Assembly: GCA_030704615.1 (NCBI GenBank)
Contig: CM060733.1
Location: 48,794,001-48,858,000, forward strand
Length of the DNA: 64,000 nucleotides
Source: Takakia lepidozioides
Lineage: Eukaryota > Plantae > Bryophyta
Reading direction: 5' to 3'
In this document: piece after piece, positions 51,231 to 64,000 of the stretch
Numbering within the stretch: position 1 is the first letter of the stretch
Layout of the letters: each line of letters starts with the position of its first letter
The notes under the pieces: model-generated
Databases searched by the model: none
Seen by the model: only the letters and a program-made list of their open reading frames with translations
Told to the model about the DNA's origin: nothing
Position numbers and translations under genes: made by a program

Positions 51231-52263
51231 GGGAACAGTTACCATTGGCAGGGAACGACTGTGGGGGAACGACATCTGAAAAAGGAACGTGTACTACAGA
51301 GATAACGGTTAGTTAGGAAAGCGGTTAGAACGGCTAGTAAAGAGATAAAGCGGGAAGCGGGGACATCTGAGGGGATCACTTCTGGGGGAAGAGGATCACT
51401 TCTGGAAGGACGGAAAGAAAGGTGAATGTTTATACTCATATGCATGAAGAGCTTGTACTGGTAAAGAATTGGATTCCAAAGGATATTTTGTGGATCAAAC
51501 TCACACCAAGAACAGCTTTCCAGACTTGTTTGCCATATGGTTATATGGTAACGGAGACTTCTAGTATAGCCAAGGGTGCATTGAAGCTTGAAAGAAACCC
51601 AGGCATATACGAGAGATATTACAGAAGAGAGTTTTGGTTATTGTCACATTAAAAGAAATGAAAGACATGGGACATGAGTAATGAAAGAGAAGCTAGACGC
51701 CAGAGATATTCAGCAAAAAGAGAAAGCTATCTGAAAGCTAATTATCCATATCTTTGGGAGAGAGGAATAGACATAGGGGAATCATCTGGACCTCTCACAC
51801 CATTAAGATCAGAGACTACATCACCCATACCGGAAGAACTAGAGTTGGATGCCACTCCTTCTTTTTCTTTGCAAGAAAGATTAAGGGAATTGGTACGGGA
51901 AGAAGATCAATCACGAGGTGAAAGATCTGAGGTACATCCCTGGATAAAAAATTTGACAGAAATCTTTGATAAGAGTTGGCATGGACACCAAAAGCAGGAA
52001 CTCCAGTTTCTGAAGTGGAATGTGAAGAAAGAGGAGAGGATGTGGCAGAGCCAATGGAGAGTTCAGACTCTCCAACACCATTGCAGTTGAGTTACATGAG
52101 TGAAGAAGAAACCCAAGGGCAGAACTTGGAGGATGAAAATAGAGAGAAGAAATTGGAAGAGGAAGAGTATGAAGAAGTAGACCCAACAGCTGAGGTTAGG
52201 ACTACAACCAGGACATCCCAACCCGTTGGACCTGGATCAAGTGGAGCACTTGGATCACAGGCC

Positions 52264-52812
52264 AACGAAGGTGTCGGCTCTAACTGGAAGGGCACTGATA
52301 GCCAACCAGGTTATTATGGCCAGCATTTGGTACTTTGTATCTGTGTGGAGCCCATCCCCAGCCTACTTAAAAGAAATGAGGAGAATCATAAGAAATTTTG
52401 TTTGGGGAGCAAGCTCCAATACTCAGCACGTCAGACCTGCAATTTCTTGGGCCCAAATCTGCAGCAAAAGAAAGCTAGGGGGGCTTGGTATCTTGGATCC
52501 AGCCAACCAAATAGACGCCTTACTTGGAAAATGGATCTTGAGACTATTGGGACCCCATTCTTCTTGGTGGAAACCACTGGTTCTGAGGCATATCCTTCAA
52601 AGCTCCCCCTGAAAAATGCCCAATGGTCAAGCTCAGTTCGTTGGATTGTTAATGGTTTCAAGCATAAAGAGCCTAGCTCTCCGCTATGGAAAGCAATATG
52701 GAAAGCATGGGGCAGGTTGAGGCCATACCTCATCAAATGAGAGCCCTCATCTTACGAGGAAGTCATTTGTCAACATCTTTTCCTTAACTCCAACACTCAC
52801 AACCAGATTGAC
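52264..52812 (+). mobile_element. L1/Tx1-type LINE fragment embedded in the Gypsy gag region
   Basis: GRALIANQVIMASIWY..IRNFVWG..SWAQIC..GGLGILD..LLGKWILRLL is typical post-RT L1 sequence; edges approximate. Confidence 0.8.
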
Positions 52813-55800
52813 CGTGGATCTGCGACAGGGGGATCAGGCGGGCTGCCTGGATCTGGCTCTGGGGGGACAGGGAGTGTGGGAAGTAGTGCAACTGGAGCTG
52901 GGAATACTGTGAATATCGTGGGGCCAGTAGCAGGGAGTACTCAAGGGCCACCACTTGGTGGAAGATCCACCACAACAACAACAGGTCTTGAAGGACCAGC
53001 ACCTGTCAGTGGGCAGAAGGTAGGGCCACAGATGGCGTTACAACCAACACGGGCAAAACCACCTTTTCCAATATATTCAGGAAAAGGGGATCCCGATGTA
53101 CACATTAGCCAATTTGAGCAAATGTGTATAGTGAACAATGAGAATGGCGATGATGCCAAGATGAGATTGTTTCCTTGTTCACTTATCAAGAAAGCAAGTG
53201 AATGGTATGCAAGATTCCCTGATAATCATTTTCTAACCTGGAATGGCTTGAATACAGCATTCCGAAATAGGTTCAGGACAAGTAAAACTGAGGATGAAGT
53301 GTATGGAAGTTTACAACAGTTAAAGCAAAAGAAGCATGAAACTGTTGAGGAGTATATGGAAAAGATGGAATTGATGATGAAAAAGCTGGCTGCTGTACCA
53401 GCACCAGGTTTACAGAAGACTTGGTTTGTGAGTGGACTAAGACCAGAGTTGCAAAAGAAAGTGGATATGTTACCCATAATACAGTGGAGGAGGCATTTGA
53501 AACTGCAAATAGAATTGAGCAATTGGGAATGCTCAGGAGAGAGAAAAGGGATGATGAGGACTCTAAGGATGAGTCAGATGAAGAAGAAGAGCAAGAACTA
53601 AAAAGGAAGAGTAAGATAAAGGAGAAGTTGAAGAGGGATAACTATGAGAAAAGATTAGAAGAAATCTTGAAGAAGTATGCCACAGAGGCTGTAACACATT
53701 GGAGGAAGGGTGTTTGATGTGCAAAGTGCCAGAATGAAGGCCATACCACCACTGAATGCCACATGAAGGAGAAACACTGTACTATCTGTAAAATGGATAA
53801 CCATTCTACTGAGAATTGTTACTACAATAGAAGGACAGCTGCAAGAGAACCTAGGCAAGTAAGGGTGCATCAAGTGCAGCCCCAGCCAAGAAGAAACAAT
53901 GATCAGGACCACTATGGTAGGCCTGGTGGTTATAACAATGGCATGGAAGGGAGAGGTAATTCAAGAGGGAATTACCAAGGAAATTCCAGAGGCAACTATC
54001 AGGGTAATCCAAAGGGGAATTACCAGCCAGGGAATCAGGATTACAGAAATAATCCAAGAGCAAACCAAGGGCGAGGACCCAATGGTGAAGAACTGTGTTA
54101 CTATTGTAATCAGCCAGGACATCGCAAGGCAGCCTGTTTGTTCTGGATTAGACACTAGAATGAGATGAGAGCTCCTGTGAATGAGGGCCCAGTGGTGGCA
54201 GCTCACATGGTTAGGCCATGTGTTGTACCAGAAGTAAGTACAATGATAGTAACAAGAAGCAAAGCCAAACTAATACCTCCAGTAGTTGAGGAAGATGATG
54301 ATAATGAAGGTGGCAGTGATATGCCTGAAGATGATGAGGCTTGGAGAGATGAGAAGGAACTGCACAAGGAAGTGGCAGATACCATAAGGGAAATGCAGAA
54401 GAGTACTGATATTCCTGTGGCAGATTCCTCTTATTCTGATGGAGAAGAAGAAGTGAGTGAGGATGAAAGGAAGAAAGAAGCTGCAGACATGCAAAGTAAT
54501 GAAGGGACTTTGGCTGAAGTAATATGCCAGACCAAAGCAGAGATTACCATTGGACAGCTATTGGCTGTGGCACCTTATTGTAGACACAGGCTGTATCAAG
54601 CAATCAATCGAATTGCCCAGGAGACAGGAAACACAGACCTGAACAGCAAGTGACCAGTTATAATGTGAAGCCGGAAGGGCGAGAAACAGTCATGGACTTT
54701 GATGATTCTATGCCAGTAATCCAATTGAGAATTGGAAGCACAGAACTAACTGATGTACTGATAGATGGAGGCTCTGGAGTAAATATCATGACAGACCAAT
54801 TAAAAAAAAAACTTGGTCTAAGTAACATGAAACCAGCCCCATTTACAGTAACAATGGCAGATCAAAGGAGTGTACAGCCATTGGGATTGATAAGAGGAGT
54901 TAAGATACAGATACAGAAGATGATCTTTATGATCACAGTAACTGTGTTGAAGATGGATGAAGTCATGGAGGCTTACTCCTTATTATTGGGACGTCCGTGG
55001 CTGAAACAGGCCAGGGTATTCCATGACTGGAATTCTCAGTTACCAACCGTGCATAATGGGATGCACGAGATACAAATTACCACAAAGAAATCTAGTAGAT
55101 TACCTGCTACGAGAAGACCTCGAGGGGTCAGAGAGTATGACTGGAGAGGAGGACTGGATGAGGAGCAGGAAGCTACCCTGTTTGCTGCACACCCAGAATG
55201 GGAGCAGGTTGCAGAGATGCGGCTGGAAGGCCTAAGTTGTTTAAGAGGTATCTGCTGTGGTGTAGTGTCAGCAACACCAATTGAAGAGGAAACCAGCAGT
55301 TACCCATCACATTTCTATGAAAAAAGAGAAGGAGAAATGGAAATCCTAGAGGAACCAGCCACTGTGAGTTTACAGGATGAAGTGGTGACTGGTTGGACAA
55401 TCACAGCTGATGAGCAGGTGAGGGAAGTGAATGTGGGAACTAAAGAGGAACCAATGATGGTGAAGGTAGGAGCTGATTTGGAGCCAGGATTCTTTGAAGA
55501 AGCTAAGAGTTTGTTCATCAAATACAAAGATGTATTTGCTTGGAGCTACGAGGATCTAAAAGGGATACCACCTGAGATCCGTCAGCATAAGATTGAACTG
55601 AAATGAGGATCGGTACCAATCAAGCAGGCAAGGTACAGAATGAATCCCAACTATGCACAGAAGGTTGGAGAAGAGATCAAGAAGTTGGCTGAGGCTAAGT
55701 TTATATACCCAATAGAGTATACAACTTGGTTATCACCCATTGTGATAGTTCCCAAGAAGAATGGTAAACTAAGAGTTTGTGTGAACTACAAGAAGCTGAA

Positions 55801-58582
55801 TGCTTGTACGAAGAAAGATCATTTCCCTTTGCTATTCACAGAAGCAGTATTGGACACTGTGGCAGGCCATGAGATGTACTCATTCATTGATGGCTTCAGT
55901 GGTTATAATCAAGTGCAAGTGGCAGAAGAAGACCAAGGAAAGACAGCTTTCATCACAGACTGGGGTGCTTATGCATACAAAGTCATGCCCTTTGGACTTT
56001 GTAATGCACCAGCAACCTTTCAGAGAGTGATAAGTGAATCTTTTCATGAGTATCTGGATAGATTTCATGCAGGTGTTCTTGGATGATTTCAGTGTGTACA
56101 GCTCTAAGAATGAGCACTTGCATAAATTGGAGTTATGTCTGGCCAGATGCAGGATGAGAGGTCTGGGCCTGAATCCAGAGAAGTGTACTTTCTGTGTGAA
56201 CTCAGGGGTGCTTCTGGGACACATTGTGTGTAAGAGGGGACTTCTTGTGGATCCCAGGAAAACAGAGGCCATTAAAGCCTCTCCACCACCAGTGAATGTT
56301 AAGAGTCTAAGGAGATTCCTTGGGCAAACCAATTTACAGAAGATTTGTCAGACGGTATGAACAGATAGGAGCATCATTGAGCAAACTTCTGAAGAAAGAT
56401 GCAGTGTTTGCATGGACACCTGAATGTCAACAGGCTTTTAAAGAACTTACATTGTCAGTAACAACTACACCTGTGCTGATTAATCCTCACTGGCAGGAAA
56501 TATTTCATGTTCACTGTGATGCTTCTGGAGAAGCACTAGGAGCAGTGTTAGCCCAAAATGTTACAGGAAGGATAGATTCATCTGTGTACTATGCTAGCCG
56601 ATTGATGAACAATGCCGAAAGAAATTATAGCACAACGGAAAGAGAAGCATTGGCAATGATCTATGCAGTGAAGAAATTCAGGCATTACCTGTTGGGCAAG
56701 AAGTTTATGTTCTATGTGGATCACCAAGCTCTGATATACCTGGTAAACAAACCTCTAATAACCGGAAGAATAGCAAGATGGTTGATAATCTTGCATGAGT
56801 TTGAGTTCGAGGTTGTTTACAAGCCTGGGAGGCTGCATCTTGTGGCGGATCACTTGTCACGGTTATCAACAGGAGAACCAGCCACGGTAGTAGATGATCA
56901 ATTACCAGATGCGAGTCTATTTGCAGTGGAGGTGCAGGGAAGTGCAGATGACTGGTTAGATTGGCAGTGGCCAATCAGATACTACCTTGCTCATGGTCAG
57001 TGCCCACCAAGTTATGGAAAGGAGCAGAGAAAGAGAATTGCTATCAAGGCTCTACCTTACACTATGGTAGGGAGCAGAATGTATAAGCTAGGACCAGATG
57101 GAGTGCTGAAGCGATGCTTATACCACCATGAAGTTAATAAAGTTTTGGAGGAAGGTCATAAAGGAGTGGCAGGAGGTCATTTTGGAGAAGAGACTACCAG
57201 TAGGAAGATACTACATGCAGGTTACTGGTGGCCTACTTTGTTCAAAGATATACATAAGTATTGTCAGAGTTGTGATGAATGTCAGAGGCTAGGACCTTTG
57301 CAGAGATATGGGAAGATGGCTTTGCATCCTACAATGCCTACGGAACCATTTCAGAAATGGGGACTAGACTTTGTTGGACCAATTAACCCACCGGCCAAGA
57401 ATACACAGAACAAGTACATAATTACAGCCACTGATTATACTACGAAGTGGGTGGAAGCTAAAGCTTTGAGGGACAACATAGCCAAGTCCACAGCAAGGTT
57501 CATGTATGAGAACATACTTACACGATTTGGCTGTCCCTTGGAATTTATCAGTGATCAGGGAAGTCACTTCATTAATGAGACCATTGAATTATTGACTAAA
57601 GAGTTCATGATTGTGCATAAGAAGAGTACAACATATTACCTACAGGGTAATGGGCAGGCAGAGGCTACCAACAAAATACTATGTATTATTTTGGCTAAGA
57701 TAGTCAATGCAAACAGAACGGTACAAAGCTGCTGACAGCTTTGTGGTCATACAGGACTTCATATAAAATCACCACTAAGTATACACCATTCCAATTAGTT
57801 TATGGTATGGAAGCTTTACTTCCAGTGGAATTCTTGTACCACAGTATGACACAGCCTGTCACATCACAACACAGCCTACTAGGGTTACACAATCCATAGG
57901 ATCAGTGACAGGTGGACGTGGGTTAACATCCGGAGAGTGACCAGTGGAAAAGTGGACGAAAGCACGTGTAGAAATGGACACGTGGACGCTAGGGCGAGAC
58001 ACACAGCCGGACATGGATTGCAAAGGCAACTGTCATCAAAGAAAAAGACAAAATTGGCCGTCAAAGTACCTACCCGACACATTAACTTATTATGGGCCCA
58101 TTAATGCATACGGGGAAAGGGTAACGGAACCCTTAAAAAGTACTGAAAAGCGAAATCCATGTCACATGTGCTATCCTAGTGGACAGTCCAGAGTAGAAAA
58201 TCCATGGAAGGAAATGAAATCTAAAATCCAGTCACAGCAGTTACAGCCAATCAAAAGCCAGAAGCAGAATCAAGAAAATGGAGGAATTTTAAGCGCAAGA
58301 GTCGGCGTCGTTCCAAGTAACGGGCGTCACGACGGGACAGACCATCAATGCTATAGCTTTGAAGCTATGGAGGAACTAACAGACTATACGCTCGCGATAC
58401 TACTTACGCAGTGGCACGGGGATAGAAGAACAGAGAGTATCTTTTCTCTTAATCGATGCTTGCAAGCCCCGCAGGCTTACAAGAAATTACCCATAGCATT
58501 TTGTGGCAACCATACGTTTATGCTTTGTGCCCTGCAAGCATTTCTTCAATTGTTACAGCCAAAACCTTTCTATGGGTCTAGA

Positions 58583-61500
58583 ATGAAGAGAGTGAGAGGA
58601 ATGGAAGAAATCAGGGTGAAGAGCACCACAATCCTGCAGAAACAAACGATTGCTACTCCACAGGCGGTACAGTTACTGAAGGAGCTGCGATTAGAAGGAT
58701 TGCAAAGCAAAGATTGGACATTGCACCATAGGCAGTATATGTTACAATTCTTGCAGAACTTTGAGCCTAGGACAGGAGCAACAACGGTGAAGGGAGTTGA
58801 ATTAGAAATTACTCCCCTATACCTACAGCAATTGTTTGAATTGCCATCAGGTCAGGTGCATGTGGAGGAGCACAAGGCAAGACTGCAAATAGGGGACTTA
58901 TTCCAAGAAGGGAGTTTCTTTAAAACTCAGGGTTATGCTTGTACCAAGGCCGTGTACCCAGGGCTAAGGGAGGTAGGCCAGGTATTGAACGTTCTGCTTG
59001 CCATGAAACAGAACCAACAGTATTTAAGCAGATCCTTTACAGAGGAAATACTCAAAGCCCTAAGAGGAGAAGAGGTAGCATTGGCAGACATAATATACAA
59101 CGTACTGGTAGAGGAGATGAAAAGATTACAGGGCACTGCCGCAAAGTCTCCTATCATAGTGTCTGGGTCAATCATTGCTCAAATAATTCTTGATTCTTGC
59201 ATACTTGATGCTCGGGAAAGAAAGGAGATGGGAGTGTTTGAGGCCGAAACCACTGCAATGGAAGAGCAAGGCTCTTCACACAGTGAGGGTGGACTGGCAG
59301 GGCAACCCCAGTCTAAGAGACAGAGGCGGGGAAAGACTGTAGTGGCGGATCCACTGGCTTCACGGAAACCGCATGATAATGTTTCCCAAGCTCTTGTGCA
59401 GGAAGGGGCACAGCAGCACAGAGAGCTGCTATTATTGGAAGCAGGGCCTTCAGAGAGGGAAGAGGAAGTTACTTCAGTATCACAGCCATCACAGCCACAT
59501 GATCGGCTTGTCACAGAGTTACCACAAGTTGTCCATGCAGTTCCACCACAAATAATTGATTTGGAGAAAGAAGGGTTAGATATCCCCACTACAGAACAGG
59601 TGGTGGCAGAAATTGAGAAGGGGGACCTTCTCTATGAAAATTCTGGTTTGGTCAGGGAAACAATGATTGCAGAGGTGCAGCGGTTGTCCAGGGGAAACCC
59701 TGCTGTGCATATAATACACACACCTGTGACGGAGGTACCATAGGTAGAATGTCAAGACACTGCAACACATGTGACGGATGAAGTGGTTTAGGAAGAAAAT
59801 CTGGTGGGGCAATGGCCTGAATGGTTCGTGAGGCATCACACTGTTGAGGATCAGGGAGAACAGCCGCAAGCTCACCATGATGACCCTCAACAGGCCATGC
59901 TTATGAGTTCCATAAGCATGACACTTAATTTGTTGGGCACTTATGTCAAATCCCATGTTCCAACTACCCAATTGGAAGCTTTGAGGGAGGAACTCAGGAA
60001 GGAGTTTGAGGCTTGACTTGCCACTGAGTGTGCAAACAAGGTCAATGAGGAGGTCACTCTCAAGATACAGCAAGACTTAGAGAGTACAAAGGCTGCTTTG
60101 CAATTGGCCAAGGAACAATTGATTGAGGCAGGCCTCGCGCAAGACCAGTTGCACGAAGCACATAAGCAACAGCTATACCAAATGCAGGTGAAGCATGAAA
60201 GCAAGTTGCAAGAAGTGAATGCACTACATACGGAGTTACAGACAGTGCATGACAGGATGGCCATACAATGTGCTACACTCACAACTACGCTTGAGCACAC
60301 TACATTAGAAGTTAACAATCAAGCGGAAAGATGTACGAAGGCAGAGGCAGAGAATGTCGAGCAAGCGAAACTCATTGTCGATATGAAGAATACAATCTGT
60401 CGCAATGAGAATACCTTCAAGCAATACAGGCAGATTGAAGCTGACCAAGAGAGGTACATCCTGGAATTGCAACAAACGCTCATGTCCAATAGAAATGAAC
60501 TCTCTGTGGCTAACAAGGATTGGAAGGAAGCCAATAATCTAGCTGCTGCATATGCGAATTTGGTTGAACCTCATGCGAAGCGCATGGAGGCTTTACAGCA
60601 GCAGATAGATGTGTACAGGCTCACAGAGGAACAGACTCTCAGGGGTGCCACAAGCAACTTGGTGGATAACCTCCTTATGCAGGTCTGGTTAGCACAAGGG
60701 CCGGTGGAAGGCAAAGCACCACGAAAGCTCATCCAAAGCGAGATGAATGAGCTCAGACTGCAAGTGCAGAACATTGTCACAACTACTATAGACAATGTCT
60801 ATAGTAGGATAGCGGAGCTACAAGAGGATGTAGACGGCCTGCAGACTCAGGTGGAGGACCTGACATCAAATATTGACAAAAGAGTCTTTGTACCTGAGGA
60901 GCAACTGATGGCTTCTTATTTACAAGCCAGAACTTTGGCTTTTCAGTCTTCTTCGCAAGGGGTGCAGGAGATGCCAATGGTACAATAGCCAGTGCCACCA
61001 ACACCACAACAAGTCACTGTGCCAGTAGCTGACCCTGTTGTTACTACAGCCACACCACAGCCACCACAGCCTGAGGTATGGGGGAATGCTGCTTTTAACC
61101 CACCTAAAACTCCTGCTGCACGGGAGTACAGTCGGGCTGTGATTATGCCCTTCAACCAAATTCCCATTGTGTTGGATTTGGCTTGGAAGGAATTTAGTCA
61201 TCCGCAGTCGTTGGCACATTACTATCAAATCATGCGCATTTGGCTGCCAGTGGCAACTAGGACTAAAGTTCTTCCGAACAATCGACCTATTGAGGATCAT
61301 CACTTTGCGCAGTACTGGCATGAGGCAAGTACCATGTTGAAGGAATTAATTGTCTTCCAAGTTGTACATGGATTCATTTATACCAAGACCAAAGAGGTAG
61401 CAAGTATTGTCATGGGCTGCGGGTTATACTACGCTGCTTGTTTTCTGGCACGTTATCACATTGAGCAGCAGAAGATGCAAACGCGCTTTCTGAGTTATTC

Positions 61501-62140
61501 CAGTGGGGATCATTGGGTCTTACCTTCAGTGCCACCTCATATGTACCTATATGAGGCAAAAGTTATGATGCAAAAGGATTCTCAGATTCATTCATGGTTT
61601 CATGCGGCCTGGAACAATTTGTCAACATAGAAATTCGGCCCTGACGATATTTTCTTTAAGGGACATGAGGCATGGAAATACTTGCACAATTCACAAGTCA
61701 TTGGTACCCCACTCACCTGGACAGACAAGGAGCTCAGGGTCTTCACCAATTTTGCAATTCAACGCTTACAACAAGTTTTACAGTTTAAACTTCCAGACAT
61801 GGTGGGACAACATTGTATGCCCCAGAAAATTCCAGTTAGAGTTCGACCATTAAAACATCTCAGGGGGGACGAGGATTCTGATACTATTGTTTCTTCAGCG
61901 GACTCTTTTGACATGGCAGAGGACTATGCAATTCAGATGGCAGAGAAGAAGCGACGGGGGTCTCCTATGCCTGGAAGATTACCTCGATATCAGCCTCCAG
62001 AGGGACTGACATATCCAGGTAGTGTTCAATCATCTCCATCAACCAGTGACAGACCTCGGGCTCGCACACAGAGTCCTTCACAAGACTCTCAATGTCAGAA
62101 GGGTGCTCGCTCACAAAGGTTTGCTAATCCCAAACAGTAA
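58583..62140 (+). pseudogene. Gypsy extra 3' ORF (~1185 codons, coiled-coil rich) broken only by in-frame stops
   Basis: ORFs starting 57944, 59804, 60098, 60992 and 61682 all lie in the same frame, between integrase and PPT. Confidence 0.75.
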
Positions 62141-63310
62141 ACCGTGAGGACACGGCTTTTTGAGAGGGGAAGGGGTAATGTTAGAGGACTGCCAGGGACT
62201 TAAGGCACTTTTATGAGTTCTGTAGGGTCTGGGACTTAGACATTTTTATGGGTTCCAAACGGTACCCTTATTTTTTACATAGACCAGTCACAGCCCGACA
62301 CAGTCGCACAGCCAGTCACAACTTAACACAGCCGACACAGCCCGACACAGTCGCACAACCAGTCACAGCTCGACACAGCCCGACACAGTCCAACACAGCC
62401 CGACACAGCCGCCACATCTTCGCACAGCCCTACACAGCCCGACACAGCCAGTCACAGCCTGCCACAGCCTGATACAGCCAGTCACAGCTCGGCACAACTG
62501 GGGAATAGTTACCATTGGCAGGGAACGATTGTGGGGGAACGACATCTGAAAAGGAACGTGTACTACAGAGATAACGGTTAGTTAGGAAAGCGGTTAGAAC
62601 GGCTAGTAAAGAGATAAAGCGGGAAGCGGGGACATCTGAGGGGATCACTTCTGGGGGAAGATCACTTCTGGAAGGACTTCGGGGGCTGGGGGGGGGGGGG
62701 GGGGGGGGGGGGGGTTCACAACTTGGAAAGGAAGCGGAGAGCGCATCTGCGAGCAGAAAGAGGGAGAGCACGGAGTAGGAGGAGAACGATCTGTTGATAC
62801 TTGCTGAATGCAAGAAGTAGAGTTGTAATGTAGAGCATAATAGAGACACCATGGCTTCAGCCTGATACTTGATAGATATTAATCTGATACATACTTCATA
62901 CTCACACTGTGTAGAGAGACCTGAGTGAAGCTGTGGAATGAATGGATGGAACTTGATAGATTTATGAAGCAAACTGATACTTAATTACAGATAGTAAGGT
63001 AACTCGCTAACATGAATGCGGGAAGGAGTACAAATAGGAAACACCCCCATGATACATTAGCTGTAGGTCATGACTGATTGTTCTGAGCGGGCTGAGTGCT
63101 TAGAGATTTCCAACTCTTCTATCTTGGAGTTCCCACCTCAGATAGCGAAGGGATGGGTGAGTAAAAGCCGCGCGACACCTTCCAGCAGGAAGGTGGACAC
63201 ATTTATGACACACCAGACGGTGGTTTGAACCCACAACCACATCCAACGTGGTATGTGCCCATTACCACTGGGCTACATGCTGGTTGTCTATATTCAGTAT
63301 TAACAATGCA

Positions 63311-63813
63311 CTAGGGCTTCGCGTTGCTCCGCACTACTAGCGACGAATTCTGAGAACTACGTTCAATTTTTCACAAAAAGGGGTGGGTCATCCCCATGGT
63401 ACATCCCATATGTCATTGTTTTCCGGAAGAAGAATGGCGGAGTGTTGCCGAAGCTACCATATTATTTTTATTTTTCAAAGGAAAGAGGGCTGAAATCTTG
63501 CTGGTCCCTCCTCTTCAGCATCCCCAGAGTTTGGAAGCATAAAAAGGGGTGGGTTAACCCCAGAGTGTTACATACATCATGTGTTTCTTTGTTTTTCAAA
63601 AAAATGGTGGATTGTTGCTGAGGCTACCACATCTTGTTTAGCCATTCTGTCAAACGCTGAGAATGCATCCTTCATACTCCCACATTTGGCATACATGTCA
63701 ACTAGAGTAGTCTCCGGAATGATATCTCGGGCAATCCTAGCTTGGGTGATGTCAGCATCGACCTCTTTGCCTTTTTCCAGGGCTACTTGGCTGGCACATG
63801 CACGAGAATACAA
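63311..63813 (-). mobile_element. 3' terminus of Helitron-like element (copy C) with adjacent PPR fragment
   Basis: 63311-63441 matches 44215-44354; minus-strand end reads ..GAAGCC CTAG|T; PPR piece ALEKGKEV..TTLVDMYAKCGSMKDA..FDRM at 63625-63813. Confidence 0.7.
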
Positions 63814-64000
63814 ATGAACGGGAGGTTTTGATACAACTGACAGATTTGTATTATGAATGTTCTTTATATGATATTTTTAAATTTTCAATTGGTTTCGACC
63901 ATGGAGCTTGGCCAATGACAGAGACACTCTACTTGAAAAACTGCTATAATCTTGCTTGTTGCATGATTGAACCCTCCTACTCCACAAAGCACTCTGCGTT

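Larger units (their letters stand above)
50846..63177 (+). mobile_element. Ty3/Gypsy LTR retrotransposon (no chromodomain seen) with extra 3' ORF, degenerate
   Basis: TSD CCTTC (50841-50845, 63178-63182); 3' LTR 62179-63177, 5' LTR 50846-~51410 truncated; PPT 62162-62175; gag with CCHC knuckles, protease LIDGGSGVN, RT FLDD, RNase H CDAS..EREA, integrase H-H-C-C and WGLDF..SDQG. Confidence 0.95.
50773..63287 (-). mobile_element. tRNA-derived SINE (~180 bp) split by the Gypsy: head 63183-63287, tail 50773-50845
   Basis: 12-bp TSD CTATATTCAGTA at 50761-50772 and 63288-63299; A box TAGCCCAGTGG and B box GGTTCAAACC on minus strand; T-rich tail. Confidence 0.8.

Noticed and set aside
59743-61630. 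Programmed readthrough or U-to-C editing of the in-frame stops
   Set aside because: The element is decayed elsewhere (frameshifts, deletions), and reverse editing is known from organellar transcripts; mutation is the simpler explanation.
62179-63011. Gypsy 3' LTR ending at CTAACA (~63011)
   Set aside because: The flank does not match; the CCTTC TSD follows the CA at 63177.

Overview
Intron-rich, TE-dense nuclear DNA from a seed-free land plant (fern, hornwort or lycophyte-like; inferred from abundant PLS/DYW PPR sequence plus a secreted cyanovirin-N homolog). Four apparently intact host genes: dUTPase (+), ankyrin/CbxX-type AAA ATPase (-), eIF2D/ligatin (+) and a two-exon CVNH lectin (-). 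Many nested mobile elements can be resolved by their target-site duplications (TSDs): two sister APE-RT LINEs inside eIF2D (one apparently within an exon), a Copia with TA..TA LTR ends, a 12.3-kb Gypsy with a large extra 3' ORF inserted into a tRNA-SINE, two hAT MITEs, and a ~360-bp TRIM whose LTRs contain a tRNA cloverleaf. Main candidates for novelty: (1) a Helitron-like family whose termini sit next to shuffled PPR/E/DYW fragments at three places; (2) a relic in which an OSB-type PDF ssDNA-binding motif leads directly into a PLS-PPR array; (3) a decayed ParB/Srx-like plus amino-methyltransferase-like gene studded with a repeated 22-bp palindrome. All calls were made by eye, with no database searches.
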